From Chthonomonadales bacterium (GTDB taxonomy: Bacteria > Armatimonadota > Chthonomonadetes > Chthonomonadales > CAJBBX01): a stretch of 64,000 nt of DNA. The position numbers were made by a program, and so were the translations under genes. The stretch is taken from the NCBI GenBank assembly GCA_027459625.1, contig DAIDHP010000014.1:921-64920 (forward strand). The letters are read 5' to 3'. The notes below the pieces were generated by a model. That model saw only the letters and a list, made by a program, of their open reading frames with translations. It was not told where the DNA came from and searched no databases. Shown here in pieces: positions 20,001 through 30,170 of the stretch; the first letter of the stretch is position 1, and each line of letters starts with the position of its first letter.

Positions 20001-21032
20001 ATGTTAACGAAAGAACGTTTATCCGAACTGTTTCATAAAATCAGAGATTTATCCGTCATCATGGTTGGAGATTTTTTCCTTGACAAATATTTCGTCACCG
20101 ATCCCCGGTTGTCAGAGATATCCGTGGAAACGGGGCTGGAGGCGCGACAGGTGATTGAAATTCGTTGCAGCCCCGGCGCGGCAGGCACGGTGGTGAATAA
20201 CCTTTACGCCCTTGGCGTGGGGGAGATCCGGGCGGTCGGGATCGCAGGAGACGATGGGGAGGGGTATGAACTGGATGCAAGGCTCCGGGAGATGGGTGTC
20301 AATACCGATTCGCTGTTGCGCTACCCCTTCGTTCACACGCCCACGTACATGAAACCGATGCGTGTAGTCAATGGCGCGGAAGTGGAGATGGAGCGTTTGG
20401 ATGTAAAGAATCGCGCCCCGTTAACAGAACAGATGGAGCAGCAAATCATCGCACTTCTAAACGAGCAGCTATCGGGAAGGCATGGATGGCGAACTCCGAA
20501 CGCTGTGGTTATATCCGATCAGGTGGAGGAGAGAAACTGCGGTGTGATATCCGACAGAGTGAGAGAGGCGTTATCGGATATGGCTAGGAAATATCCGAAT
20601 ACGATCTTCTTCGCCGATTCACGAAGGAGGATAGGGGAGTTTAACAATATCATCCTCAAGCCGAATCGAAGCGAAGCGATAAAGGTCTTGAAGAGTGAAG
20701 GGGCGAGGGACGCGTATGATTCAGACAAGGATATCTCAATTGCTATCAGTTCATTAAAATCGACTCCGGTATTCCTGACCTCCGGCGAGAACGGCATCTG
20801 GGTTGCGGTAAACGGAAAAGCGAGCCATGCGAAGGCGATTCGGTACGAAGGAATGATAGATATTTGCGGGGCGGGTGATAGCGCCACATCTGGAATTGTC
20901 AGCGCTTTGGCTAGCGGGTTCTCGCCTATCGAGGCTGCCGAGATGGGGAATTTGTGCGCGGGAGTGACGATACGCAAGCTTGGTACGACCGGAACCGCCT
21001 CCGAGGAAGAGATCCTATCCCTCTTGGATTAA
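20001..21032 (+). CDS. PfkB-family carbohydrate kinase (HldE/RfaE kinase-like)
   Basis: VGDFFLDKY, PGAAGTV..NL, LKPN..EA and DICGAGDS motifs. Confidence 0.88.
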   Translation: MLTKERLSELFHKIRDLSVIMVGDFFLDKYFVTDPRLSEISVETGLEARQVIEIRCSPGAAGTVVNNLYALGVGEIRAVGIAGDDGEGYELDARLREMGVNTDSLLRYPFVHTPTYMKPMRVVNGAEVEMERLDVKNRAPLTEQMEQQIIALLNEQLSGRHGWRTPNAVVISDQVEERNCGVISDRVREALSDMARKYPNTIFFADSRRRIGEFNNIILKPNRSEAIKVLKSEGARDAYDSDKDISIAISSLKSTPVFLTSGENGIWVAVNGKASHAKAIRYEGMIDICGAGDSATSGIVSALASGFSPIEAAEMGNLCAGVTIRKLGTTGTASEEEILSLLD

Positions 21033-21055
21033 TTCCCATGGACACATACAGAGGT

Positions 21056-21089
21056 GAACCCTGTTTGAAATGCTTTTCAAACAGGGTTC
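21056..21089. terminator. Hairpin between convergent pfkB-like gene and csrA
   Basis: Perfect 15-bp stem GAACCCTGTTTGAAA-TGCT-TTTCAAACAGGGTTC overlapping the csrA stop. Confidence 0.65.
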
Positions 21090-21325
21090 TCCGCACTCTT
21101 TTTGGTCACTAGGTCATCCAGATTGGGTAATACATCGGGATTGGATATGATGGCGGATCGATTCTCCTCCTCGATCTGTTCATAAACCTCTTTGCGATGG
21201 ATCATGACGGATTTCGGCGCTCTAATTCCTATGCGAACCTGTTCCCCCCGCACCTCGAGTATTGTTATCTCGATATCCTCCCCAACCATGATGCTTTGGT
21301 CCGGTTTACGAGTAAGTACCAGCAT
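21077..21325 (-). CDS. csrA: Carbon storage regulator
   Basis: [41 protein letters not shown]; SD GGAGG. Confidence 0.96.
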   Translation of the reverse strand: MLVLTRKPDQSIMVGEDIEITILEVRGEQVRIGIRAPKSVMIHRKEVYEQIEEENRSAIISNPDVLPNLDDLVTKKSAENPV

Positions 21326-21384
21326 CGTATGCCCTCCATGGCGTATTTGAGAAGCCATTAGTACGTATATTGTACCATCAGATT

Positions 21385-21861
21385 TTAATGGTTCCTTCTC
21401 ATATGAATCTCTTCCATGATACTGTGTCGTGTGGTATATCTTTCATCCGATAAAACTACCTGTTTTCCTATTTTTCTCAACGGATTTATCACGATTGGCC
21501 CCAAAAGATTGGCAGTCATCGCGGCGGGATTGTTTCTGGGCACTGTAACGACGACAAAGACGATTTTCGGAGTGTCCTCATCCATGTGCAAAAAGTCAGC
21601 GTCCGCATCCGAAATGGAAAGGCTGTAATCCCTTTTGAAATCCCAGGGGTTGATGATGGGAAACGCCAACGCGCCGTCATCAAGGGATTGAAACCATTTC
21701 AAGGGATTGTCGGGATCCTGATGCATTACCACGAAGCGTTTGCAATCCTCGAAGCCGATCATTCCATCAGGCAGTGTGATGATGAGCGATTCCTCGACGG
21801 ATATTTCACCAAATCGTGAGGTGTTCACTTTCATTTCCCTCTTTAAATTGGTCGTTATCAT
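21385..21861 (-). CDS. fliW: Flagellar assembly factor FliW
   Basis: TSRFGEI, GMIGFE, WFQS and [12 protein letters not shown] motifs; adjacent to csrA. Confidence 0.95.
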   Translation of the reverse strand: MITTNLKREMKVNTSRFGEISVEESLIITLPDGMIGFEDCKRFVVMHQDPDNPLKWFQSLDDGALAFPIINPWDFKRDYSLSISDADADFLHMDEDTPKIVFVVVTVPRNNPAAMTANLLGPIVINPLRKIGKQVVLSDERYTTRHSIMEEIHMRRNH

Positions 21862-22035
21862 ATGCGTAACCTTTCAAATTAGTATTTACCAATCCGGGGT
21901 ACTGAACAGGAATATCGCAGGATGTTTTCCATCTAACAATTCCCAGGATGTAATTGCGCCATTCAGCTTGCCAAGAGCGCTAAGCGCCTTGAACGCCCAA
22001 TGAAACTTCTAAATGTGAGTTATAATTCACCTGTG

Positions 22036-22929
22036 CTATTTGATGTAATCCAATAGACTCTGCTGAAACCCTTTCGATGTGGCCGTGAGAGCGGCTTGAT
22101 ATGCCAGTTGCGAGGATTGCAATCGCACCGCAGCCTGGCTGATGTCCACATCCTGAATCTGTGACAGAAGGTTTGTAAAATTCTCCTGCACCGCGCTATT
22201 TCGCTGCAAAGAGCTGTTAATACGCTGCACATTCGCCCCTAACATCGCTCTCGCCTGGGTGACGCTCGACAAACTGGAATCCAAGTTCGTTAGGTCCGTG
22301 TTGGAAATGGCTGTCAAATTGTTGTTCGTCATATCATTTGAAAGTTGGGTTAGCGTACTTAAGACCCCGGTAAAGACTTGATCTCCGGTGACATTAGTTA
22401 CGATGCTCTCTCCCTGTGCGATGTCCACTGTGAGATTGGCGTTGCCATTCGCAACCGTACCCCCTTGATATACAAAGGTTCCGTTTGATCCGGTAAAAGG
22501 CGGCGTAGTTGCTTTTTGACCACCGAAAAGATATCTCGATCCGTCTTTCGAATTACCTAAAGCCCCAATTTGCTGGATGATCGTGTTGATCTGATAGGCG
22601 AGATTCTGGCGCTGTGCGTTGGATACGGTGTCCGATGCGCTCTGCACCGCCAGACTGCGCGCTTGCTGGATCAGGTTGGTGACGCTCGCCAACGCAGTGT
22701 CGGTATTTTCCATAAAGGAGTTGGCTGTGTTCATATTCTGCACGTACTGAGTGAGTTGCCCCAGGGATTCCTCCAATGAGAGAGCCTGGGATGTGCCAGC
22801 GGGATCATCGGAAGGCTGGTTTAGCTTCTTTCCCGTCGCAAGCGACTGTTGAGCGTCCACGTAGTTTTGATAGGATGTTTCCACGTTGTTCAACGTATCG
22901 TTCAACATCATGTTTGTTGATATTCTCAT
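22036..22929 (-). CDS. flgL: Flagellar hook-associated protein 3
   Basis: MRIST, ATGKK...PSDDP, RYLFGG and flagellin-like C-terminus SLLDYI; follows flgK. Confidence 0.93.
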   Translation of the reverse strand: MRISTNMMLNDTLNNVETSYQNYVDAQQSLATGKKLNQPSDDPAGTSQALSLEESLGQLTQYVQNMNTANSFMENTDTALASVTNLIQQARSLAVQSASDTVSNAQRQNLAYQINTIIQQIGALGNSKDGSRYLFGGQKATTPPFTGSNGTFVYQGGTVANGNANLTVDIAQGESIVTNVTGDQVFTGVLSTLTQLSNDMTNNNLTAISNTDLTNLDSSLSSVTQARAMLGANVQRINSSLQRNSAVQENFTNLLSQIQDVDISQAAVRLQSSQLAYQAALTATSKGFQQSLLDYIK

Positions 22930-22943
22930 CGTTTACCCTCCGC

Positions 22944-24350
22944 TTACTGGACCATGGATAAAAGGCTGTCCAACATGGAGTTAATATTGGTGACCATCTC
23001 CGCCGCAGCTTGATAGGATCGTTGGTATTGAAGCATGTTCGTCATCTGTTCGTCGATATTGACGCCGCTAACGGAACTCTGCATGCTCTGTAACTGCTGG
23101 ACGATTTGCGTTTGGTTGTTATAATCATTCGTAAAAGATTGGGCGTCCGCTCCGATCTTCGATATATTCGCGTTATATTGTTGAAGGATGCTGTTATTGC
23201 CGAATATCGACGTATTGGCTAGATTGGAGATCGCGCTTGCGTTATCGCCGTTCGATGCTGACACGGATTGTCCGGCTGCAGGGGCGGTTGACGCCGCTAT
23301 GGCGTTCGGATTAGAGACCAGTTCGGGATTGACCTGGATCGTCGCCGCATTTGTCCCCGTGAAAAAATTCAAGCCCGTTTCACCATCCAACCCGTAACCA
23401 CTGGAGTGCAGTTGATTCACCTGGGTTATCAGCGTTGATGCGATCGTATCCAAATTGGATTGATAGCCTGCTATAAGATTGATCGATTGGACCATGCCCC
23501 CAAGTGAGCCGCCGCTTATTTGTACAGGCGTGCCATCGTTCACCAAATAGGGCTGGTTGTTAATCGTTTCGGTTTGAGTTGGTATTTTGTACGACTGAGT
23601 CCCCTGCACGATGGACATCCCGCCAATGTAGACATCCACCATTCCATTTGGCTGTCCGGAAGGGCTCAATTCCTGAGAAGTGGTCACGCCGACCAAATTG
23701 CCCAGTTGTGAAATAATCTGGTCTCTCTGGTCCATAAGGTCGTTAGGATGCGTATCATTCACCACTCCATCCATGATCTGCTGGTTCAGTTTAGCGATCT
23801 GACCGACCAAATTGTTCGCCTGGGTTATTGTGGATTGAATGGATCCCTGTAAATTTGTAGTCATATTGGTCAAACCCGTGCTCACGCTGTTGAACATCCC
23901 CGTCATGGCTTGTGCGTTGGAAATGACCGTGGTTCGTATCCCGCTATCCTCCGAATTGGTGGCAAGAGTTTGGAATGAGGTGAAGAATGTGTTCATTAAA
24001 TTCGACAAACCATTCGTTCCAGGTTCGTTGTATAAACCTTGCACCTCGTTAAGGGTTGTTTCCAATTGGTTGGATTGCGATTGATTGGCGGTGGCGCTCA
24101 GCAACCTCTGCGTGACGAATTCATCCGTGGCGCGAGTAATGGAACTCACCTGCACCCCTGTCCCGATTTGGGTGGATTGGAAAGCGACTCCCGTGTCGGT
24201 GTATGGCGGCATTTGAGTGAGATTAGCGGTTTGCTGTGAATAGCCGGGTGTGTTCACATTTGATACGTTTTGGCTGATCACATCCAACACCGCCTGATTT
24301 GCGATCAATGCGGATCCCGCCGTATTTATTCCCAGAAATGAATTAGACAT
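22944..24350 (-). CDS. flgK: Flagellar hook-associated protein 1
   Basis: NVSNVNTPGYS, GTGV, NDLMDQRD and SGVNIDEQM..MLQYQRSYQA motifs. Confidence 0.95.
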   Translation of the reverse strand: MSNSFLGINTAGSALIANQAVLDVISQNVSNVNTPGYSQQTANLTQMPPYTDTGVAFQSTQIGTGVQVSSITRATDEFVTQRLLSATANQSQSNQLETTLNEVQGLYNEPGTNGLSNLMNTFFTSFQTLATNSEDSGIRTTVISNAQAMTGMFNSVSTGLTNMTTNLQGSIQSTITQANNLVGQIAKLNQQIMDGVVNDTHPNDLMDQRDQIISQLGNLVGVTTSQELSPSGQPNGMVDVYIGGMSIVQGTQSYKIPTQTETINNQPYLVNDGTPVQISGGSLGGMVQSINLIAGYQSNLDTIASTLITQVNQLHSSGYGLDGETGLNFFTGTNAATIQVNPELVSNPNAIAASTAPAAGQSVSASNGDNASAISNLANTSIFGNNSILQQYNANISKIGADAQSFTNDYNNQTQIVQQLQSMQSSVSGVNIDEQMTNMLQYQRSYQAAAEMVTNINSMLDSLLSMVQ

Positions 24351-24371
24351 TTTGTTCTCCGCGACTGTGGA

Positions 24372-24899
24372 TTAGCATCGCTGATCCAAGTAAAAAACGG
24401 GTTTGATCAAAGCATTAGGATTTATCCCGTATTTCGCCGGTTGCAACGCGGCGTTGGAAAGATACTGCATCGTATATCGAACGTATTCGATCGCGTTTTG
24501 GAGGAGTGCTCTGTTTCTCTCGTTCATCGCCTTAAGCTCCGTGTTGGTTTTGATGATATCCTCTCGTATCATGCCCAAACGCTTCGCTTCCGGCTGGGAC
24601 AATCGGTTCATTAATCGCGATAACGGAGGAATGGCGGTGTCCCGCTCGTTCATTATTCCGGAAAGTATCGCGACGTTTCTTGCGATCTGGATGCGTTCAG
24701 CCTCAAGAATCTCCTGGTGACGGTGAAGAATATCCATCCGAACTTGAATCTCCTCCACTTGTCCGTGATTGAGCTTAAGCAATGCGTCCGTTAGCATTTT
24801 CCCTTCGGATATCAATTTCCCACCGGTATCGCATTCGCTTTGCAGCACACGAATTAGCTTTCGAACCTCTACACTCAAGTTTTTCGTCGTTTCAGCCAT
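24372..24899 (-). CDS. flgN: Flagellar export chaperone FlgN
   Basis: Helical protein with N.RN..LL motif immediately upstream of flgK. Confidence 0.75.
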   Translation of the reverse strand: MAETTKNLSVEVRKLIRVLQSECDTGGKLISEGKMLTDALLKLNHGQVEEIQVRMDILHRHQEILEAERIQIARNVAILSGIMNERDTAIPPLSRLMNRLSQPEAKRLGMIREDIIKTNTELKAMNERNRALLQNAIEYVRYTMQYLSNAALQPAKYGINPNALIKPVFYLDQRC

Positions 24900-24903
24900 T
24901 TCG

Positions 24904-25245
24904 TCACCTTCCTAAATTCGGAGACAACTCTTTATATAACATATCGGCGATCCCAAATGAGCCGTTTTTTCCGATCTCGTTGCCTATCGCCTGGTCGAAC
25001 ATCCCCTGATAAATCGACGATTGGTTCCCGGTTCCCATCATGGGGTCCTTGGGAACGCTTTTTTGCATCTCATCCAGAAGCATCCCGACGAAATATCCCT
25101 CCATCTCGGTGCAAGCCTTCATCAGGTTTTTATCCTTTACTTTGGACATACCCAAGGAATTGGATTGGGTGATGGCTGCAGGCGAAGACGCCAGTTGAAT
25201 GCTTGATGAAACGCCGTTAATTGTGCTCATATTTCTAACCTCCAC
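24904..25245 (-). CDS. flgJ: Rod-binding protein FlgJ (short form, no muramidase)
   Basis: L.KAC.EMEG.FV.MLL.EM.KSV and GIADMLYKEL motifs. Confidence 0.85.
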   Translation of the reverse strand: MEVRNMSTINGVSSSIQLASSPAAITQSNSLGMSKVKDKNLMKACTEMEGYFVGMLLDEMQKSVPKDPMMGTGNQSSIYQGMFDQAIGNEIGKNGSFGIADMLYKELSPNLGR

Positions 25246-25263
25246 ATGGGTGAGTGGTTATCC

Positions 25264-26370
25264 TTATTGAATCTCTATCTGTGCGGAAATATCCCCAGCC
25301 TCGTGCATTGCTTGCAGAATCGATATGAGATCTCTTGGTGTCACTCCTAGTTTGTTTAACGCTTTGACCAGGTCATCCACGGTCGGATTGGCGTTCAATA
25401 AAGCGAGACTCCCTTTGGATTCCGTTACCTGCGTACTCTTTTGAGGCAAAATAACAGGCTTTCCATTCTTGCTGAAGGGCGGGGGAATGGCAACGACCGG
25501 CGTGTTCGTAACGCTCACCTGGATGTTGCCATGTGCGATCGCGCACGGGGATATCCTGACATTGCCTCCAATCACGACCGTTCCCGTTCTCTCATTCACT
25601 ACGATCCGGGCTATGGTGTCGGGGGAAACGGTTAGTTCCTCGATTTTAGAAATGAATGCCACGGGATTATCCTTCATGGATTGAGGGATATCCACCTTCA
25701 CGGTGTAGGAGTCCTGAGCCTCAGCGTGGGTGTTCGGTATCGCAGTTTGAATGGCTTCCGCAACACGGTTCGCAGTGGTGAAATCCGGCTGGTTCAGGGT
25801 AACCTCCATCGTGTTGCCATCCCCTTGCGTGAGAGAGGTGGGAACCACCTTCTCCACGATTCCTCCTTGAGGAATTCGCCCCACGTTCACGGCATTCTTT
25901 TGGACGCTTGATCCGCCGCTGCTGTAATTGAATCCGCCAATTGATATCGGACCTTGCGCCACAACATAAACTTGCCCGTCCGCCCCAAGCAGGGGAGTTT
26001 GGATCAGAGTGCCTCCTTGCAAAGAGCGTGCATCGCCAAGGGAACTTACCGTGACATCAATCTGGCTGCCGTTCTTAACGAAAGGGGGTAACGTGGCGGT
26101 AACCAAAACCGCCGCCACGTTCTTGACTTTCACAGTGTTCTGAGGCACGTTCACCCCGAGTCGCTCAAGTGTGTTCACCACGGATTGCGCGGTGAAGATG
26201 GTGCTATTGCTATCGCCGGTGCCCTCAAGACCAACCACCAAGCCGTAACCCACTAGTTGGTTGTTTCTCGCACCTTGTATTCCTGCAATATCTTTGATCC
26301 GCACCTGAGCGAAGCAGATGGAGGGAAGCAAAACGCATACGATATAGAGAAGGTATGAAGCACGTTTCAT
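25264..26370 (-). CDS. flgI: Flagellar P-ring protein
   Basis: RIKDIA, NQLVGYGLVVGL.GTGD, KNVAAV and NERTGTVV motifs. Confidence 0.97.
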   Translation of the reverse strand: MKRASYLLYIVCVLLPSICFAQVRIKDIAGIQGARNNQLVGYGLVVGLEGTGDSNSTIFTAQSVVNTLERLGVNVPQNTVKVKNVAAVLVTATLPPFVKNGSQIDVTVSSLGDARSLQGGTLIQTPLLGADGQVYVVAQGPISIGGFNYSSGGSSVQKNAVNVGRIPQGGIVEKVVPTSLTQGDGNTMEVTLNQPDFTTANRVAEAIQTAIPNTHAEAQDSYTVKVDIPQSMKDNPVAFISKIEELTVSPDTIARIVVNERTGTVVIGGNVRISPCAIAHGNIQVSVTNTPVVAIPPPFSKNGKPVILPQKSTQVTESKGSLALLNANPTVDDLVKALNKLGVTPRDLISILQAMHEAGDISAQIEIQ

Positions 26371-26399
26371 ATCCGTATAACCTCTTAATTACCTTTTAC

Positions 26400-27035
26400 T
26401 TAGAATAACCAACCGAATAATCGACCTAATAATCCGCCGTGCGTTTGTTTGGAGACCGGTCCTTTGCCCTGATACGTAATGGTGGCGTTCGCAAGTGAGA
26501 CCGAGGAGACCGTATTGTTCGGGGAAATGTCTTGCGGGCGCACTTCTCCTGTGAGGACAATGTTCTCCTTCTCCTTGTTCACCGTGATCAGGCGTGTGCC
26601 TTGAATCATCAAATCGCCGTTAGGCAGCACCGTCTTCACCATGGCGGACATTGTCGTAATGAGTGAGCCGCTTCTGCTCGTCTGTCCGGATCCATTCAGA
26701 CTGGACGAATCGGAACTCCCCAATGGCCCTAATAGTCCGTGCAACCCGCCCGTCAGCCCGTTGAAAGCGTATGCCTCGCTTTTGCTTGTCTTCGTGGAGG
26801 CGGTGGAGGATGCCGTGGATGATTCCTGCACCAAAATGGTGATGGTGTCACCCACTTTATGCGCTCTGCAATCCGCCGTCAAACTCTGAGAGTTTGAACT
26901 CCAGAGTGAGCCGTTCGGCGTGGTTTTCCCGCTTGTCTGGGATATGCATGGCTGCGATATCATGAAAGGAGCGCTAAACGCCAAATAAAATGTGATTATG
27001 CGCAAACTGATGTTTTTCATATTAGTCACCTTCAA
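26400..27035 (-). CDS. flgH: Flagellar L-ring protein
   Basis: D.RA..VGD.ITI, VLPNG.L.I.G and G.VRPQDI..NNTV.S motifs. Confidence 0.93.
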   Translation of the reverse strand: MKVTNMKNISLRIITFYLAFSAPFMISQPCISQTSGKTTPNGSLWSSNSQSLTADCRAHKVGDTITILVQESSTASSTASTKTSKSEAYAFNGLTGGLHGLLGPLGSSDSSSLNGSGQTSRSGSLITTMSAMVKTVLPNGDLMIQGTRLITVNKEKENIVLTGEVRPQDISPNNTVSSVSLANATITYQGKGPVSKQTHGGLLGRLFGWLF

Positions 27036-27981
27036 CCTGAATGTTTTGATTGTCTATAACAACACCCGAAAGCTCCTTGCGCGTTTCGGCGGAATAGACC
27101 CGGATCGTATCTCCCACGGCTCCGTATGCTCTTGCGATACCTGGACACGTGATTTTAATGCCCCCCTCCGTGATAATGAGGTTTACCTTCGCTCCGGGTG
27201 TGATGACGTTATTTTTCTCCACCGCCCCGCATAAAATCGGAGCCCCAGGCATTATTAATCGCATGGAACGCTTTCCAATGATGGAGTCCATATCCTGGAT
27301 GATGTCGGGATTTGGGGACGAAATGGTCCCCAACGCTACCATGTCGGAAGTGATCACGGTATGGGGCATGATCGTTTTGGCAGCCACCACTACAGGGATG
27401 TCTTGATGGATGCGGAAAACGATGTCTATGGAACGAACCGGTTGTCCATCCACTTGTATCGTTTCCGGCACGGTGGCAAGGGTTTCATCATCGCCGATTT
27501 TAGGAACTCCCGCAACCATCTTGGTTTGTCCCATATTGACAATGCTCGCCATCGGTTTTTGGATCGGTGTCACAGTGGCGTTGGGCGGCAAAAGCGGCGT
27601 CAATGCTGAAAGCGCGGTTTGCACCATCATATCGGAAGAGATCGACAGCCCTCCGTGGGTAATATGAATTTCGGAAGGATAGTTTATCTCCAAATCCTTA
27701 AGCATGAGATGGTTCATCAGCAGTTTCGATGTGATGTCCGAATGATACAGATCCCTGCTGAACCCTGGGAGCGGTGAGACCCCGATCACAACCGCCGCAA
27801 GCTTCCGTTGCAGCGCTGCATCCTGCGAGGTGATAAGCGCAATGTCCCCAAGGGTGAATGACGCACCGGAGACCATGCTGTTTGGCTGGATTGTCACAAT
27901 CGCTTGAGGGGCCCTTTTCACAGTATTCATGCATAAAGCTATTAAAGTGATGAGATGAATTATTCGCATACTCTCCTCCAA
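27022..27981 (-). CDS. flgA: Flagellar P-ring formation chaperone FlgA
   Basis: C-terminal SAF-like region with GI.I...G.A...GAVGDTIRV; position between flgG and flgH. Confidence 0.85.
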   Translation of the reverse strand: MEESMRIIHLITLIALCMNTVKRAPQAIVTIQPNSMVSGASFTLGDIALITSQDAALQRKLAAVVIGVSPLPGFSRDLYHSDITSKLLMNHLMLKDLEINYPSEIHITHGGLSISSDMMVQTALSALTPLLPPNATVTPIQKPMASIVNMGQTKMVAGVPKIGDDETLATVPETIQVDGQPVRSIDIVFRIHQDIPVVVAAKTIMPHTVITSDMVALGTISSPNPDIIQDMDSIIGKRSMRLIMPGAPILCGAVEKNNVITPGAKVNLIITEGGIKITCPGIARAYGAVGDTIRVYSAETRKELSGVVIDNQNIQVEGD

Positions 27982-28003
27982 TCCGTAATACTTTGTCTTG
28001 GGA

Positions 28004-28789
28004 CTACTGTTTCAGATTGTTTGCGTCAGAGAGCATCTGATCGGCGGTCTGTATCGCTTTGGAGTTCGTCTCGTAACTGCGTTGAGCGGTAATCATCTTA
28101 ATCATCTCTTCGACAATTTGCACGTTCGATGTTTCCAGCGAATTCTGCAGTATCGTGCCCAATCCGCTTTGCCCCGGAACGTCCGTGACAGGGTCTCCCG
28201 ACGCAGAGGTGTTTCGAAAGAGATTTCCACCCAAGTTAAGCAATCCGGAAGGATTAATAAAGCGAGTGAGTTGTATCTGTCCTATCTGCTGCGCGTTTGT
28301 TTGACCGGCTCGCATGACGCTGACCGTGCCGTCGCTGGCAATTGTGACGGAGGTGTTGTCGGGAGGGATGATGATTTCGGGTTGTATGGGGTACCCATCC
28401 ACGGTGGTGAGTCTTCCTTGGGAATCGAGAGTTAAGGAACCATCCCTTGTGTAAGCCGTTGTGCCGTCAGGCATAAGGACGCTGAAAAAACCGTCCCCTT
28501 TTATCGCAAGATCATAGGGATTTCCCGTGGACTGGATGGTGCCTTGATTGAAAATCTGAGTGGTGGTACCTTGACCCACGCCAAGTCCCACCTGTGAACT
28601 GGTGGGCATTTGTCCGCCATTAGCGTTAATGGCACCAGGGATTTGGTTGTATTGATACAACAGATCCTGAAATTCAGCGGAACTTCCCTTGAAGCCGTTC
28701 GTGTTTACGTTGGCGAGGTTGTTGGCGATTACGTCTAGATTAAATTGTTGCGCCATCATACCGGTGGCGGCGGTGTATAGTGCACGCAT
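28004..28789 (-). CDS. flgG: Flagellar distal rod protein
   Basis: ANNLANVNTNGFK, FQDLLYQ, YTRDG and LETSNV.IVEEM..MITAQRSYE.NSK motifs. Confidence 0.96.
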   Translation of the reverse strand: MRALYTAATGMMAQQFNLDVIANNLANVNTNGFKGSSAEFQDLLYQYNQIPGAINANGGQMPTSSQVGLGVGQGTTTQIFNQGTIQSTGNPYDLAIKGDGFFSVLMPDGTTAYTRDGSLTLDSQGRLTTVDGYPIQPEIIIPPDNTSVTIASDGTVSVMRAGQTNAQQIGQIQLTRFINPSGLLNLGGNLFRNTSASGDPVTDVPGQSGLGTILQNSLETSNVQIVEEMIKMITAQRSYETNSKAIQTADQMLSDANNLKQ

Positions 28790-28930
28790 CGTATACTCCT
28801 GATGGGAGATACCCGTTTCAAGGATATCTCGAAGAATCGTAATAAGCTCCGTCTGTCATTCGGGAGCGATCTTCGGCTTCCATCCCGATGCGTACCGGGG
28901 TAGGTCCAGCCGAAATGAAATGGGTCTTAA

Positions 28931-29698
28931 TTATGTCTTAGGCAAATCGCTTACCGTCTGCGATAAAGTGCTGTCCTGTGCGGTTATGGCGTGTTGCGCA
29001 GCTTCGTAAGCCCGTTGCACGGAGATCATCTGAACCATGGCTTTGACGGCGTTGACATTGGCCTGTTCCAGAAAACCCTGTTTCACTTGCGCCTTGGATG
29101 GATGGGTTGCGCCATTGATGGAGAACCAGTTGTTCCCATCCTTGCTGATTGCCGTCGCCGGGGCGTTCACGATCTTCAGTTGGTCCAACAGTTTTCCGTC
29201 CGCAAAGACGTTGCCGTTGGATGTGATGGTGATGGATTGCGCTTGATTGAGATTGATCGGCCCCTTTTGTCCAAGCACATACTCGTTGTTTTCATCAGCC
29301 AAATAGGCGGTGGTTTTATTCACAGGTTGCAAATGAAAATTGCCGTTGCGCGTGAATCGAACACCCTGCGCCGTTTGAACCGAGAAGAAACCGTCACCGA
29401 CGATCGCCAAGTTCAACGGGTTTTTTGTGTTCGTGAGTTCACCTTCCGTGTAATTCGTGAAGGATTGCGCGGGGGATGTTCCCATTCCGAGAACTCCAAC
29501 ATATTGGGCGGATTGTTCCGGCGAACCTTGAATTCGATCAATCGCCATCTGACTCAATTCCTGAAATGTGGGAGTATCCTTTTTAAATCCAACGGTATTG
29601 ATATTGGCAAGGTTGTTGGCTATGGTATCCAATGCTGTTTCCTGGGCGATCATCCCGGTAGCGGCGGTGTATATGCCTCTGAACATACTATGTGTCAC
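28931..29698 (-). CDS. flgF: Flagellar proximal rod protein FlgF
   Basis: ANNLANINTVGFK, FTRNGNF and QGFLEQANVN motifs; upstream of flgG. Confidence 0.85.
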   Translation of the reverse strand: MTHSMFRGIYTAATGMIAQETALDTIANNLANINTVGFKKDTPTFQELSQMAIDRIQGSPEQSAQYVGVLGMGTSPAQSFTNYTEGELTNTKNPLNLAIVGDGFFSVQTAQGVRFTRNGNFHLQPVNKTTAYLADENNEYVLGQKGPINLNQAQSITITSNGNVFADGKLLDQLKIVNAPATAISKDGNNWFSINGATHPSKAQVKQGFLEQANVNAVKAMVQMISVQRAYEAAQHAITAQDSTLSQTVSDLPKT

Positions 29699-29745
29699 CT
29701 CCTTTCCATATTTCGCGGCTTTTCTAACATTGTTTCTTACATGGA

Positions 29746-29773
29746 TTGTCGGATAGGAATACGGTAATCTTTA
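29746..29773 (-). promoter_or_regulatory. Putative sigma28 (FliA/SigD) promoter of the flg operon
   Basis: Minus strand TAAA-N16-TCCGACAA versus consensus TAAA-N15/16-GCCGATAA. Confidence 0.55.
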
Positions 29774-30039
29774 GATGTTTTTTACGGTAGAGATATGTAA
29801 GAAATAAGACCGCAAAATGCGAAAGGTCCCACTGCCGATATCATCCGTCATACTTTCGTGAAGGGAACTTGGATCGTCCTATCGGATGTGTGATTGGCAC
29901 CGAGGGTGCATAAGGCTCTCGCAACAGGTATGTGTAAAATCCGAGGATACGATTTTTTCCTTGTGCGTCAAATGCGCATTGTCCGCATTTCCGGCGATGA
30001 CCTGATGGAATTGACTTGAAAATAGATGCTTATCTATTT

Positions 30040-30126
30040 AGGTAATTGAATAATTCGATTTTCAGATATTCCGTATAGCGTGAAATGAGCGATATTAGCC
30101 TTATTTTCCGAATTTTGCAATTCTCT
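30040..30126. repeat. Copy of dispersed ~85-bp TIR element
   Basis: AGGTAATTGAATAATTC ... GAATTTTGCAATTCTCT; interior aligns with the 43359 copy (AGCGTGAA.TG.GCGA.A.TAGCCT..TTTTC.GAATTTT). Confidence 0.7.
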
Positions 30127-30170
30127 CTATTGAGAAAATTATGCTGGAAGAGCATATAAGGAGATATTTT

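Noticed and set aside
29800-29940. Glycine-, SAM- or cobalamin-like fragments (CACCGAGGGTGCA, GGTGCCAAT, AAGGGAA)
   Set aside because: Isolated short matches without the required order or stems
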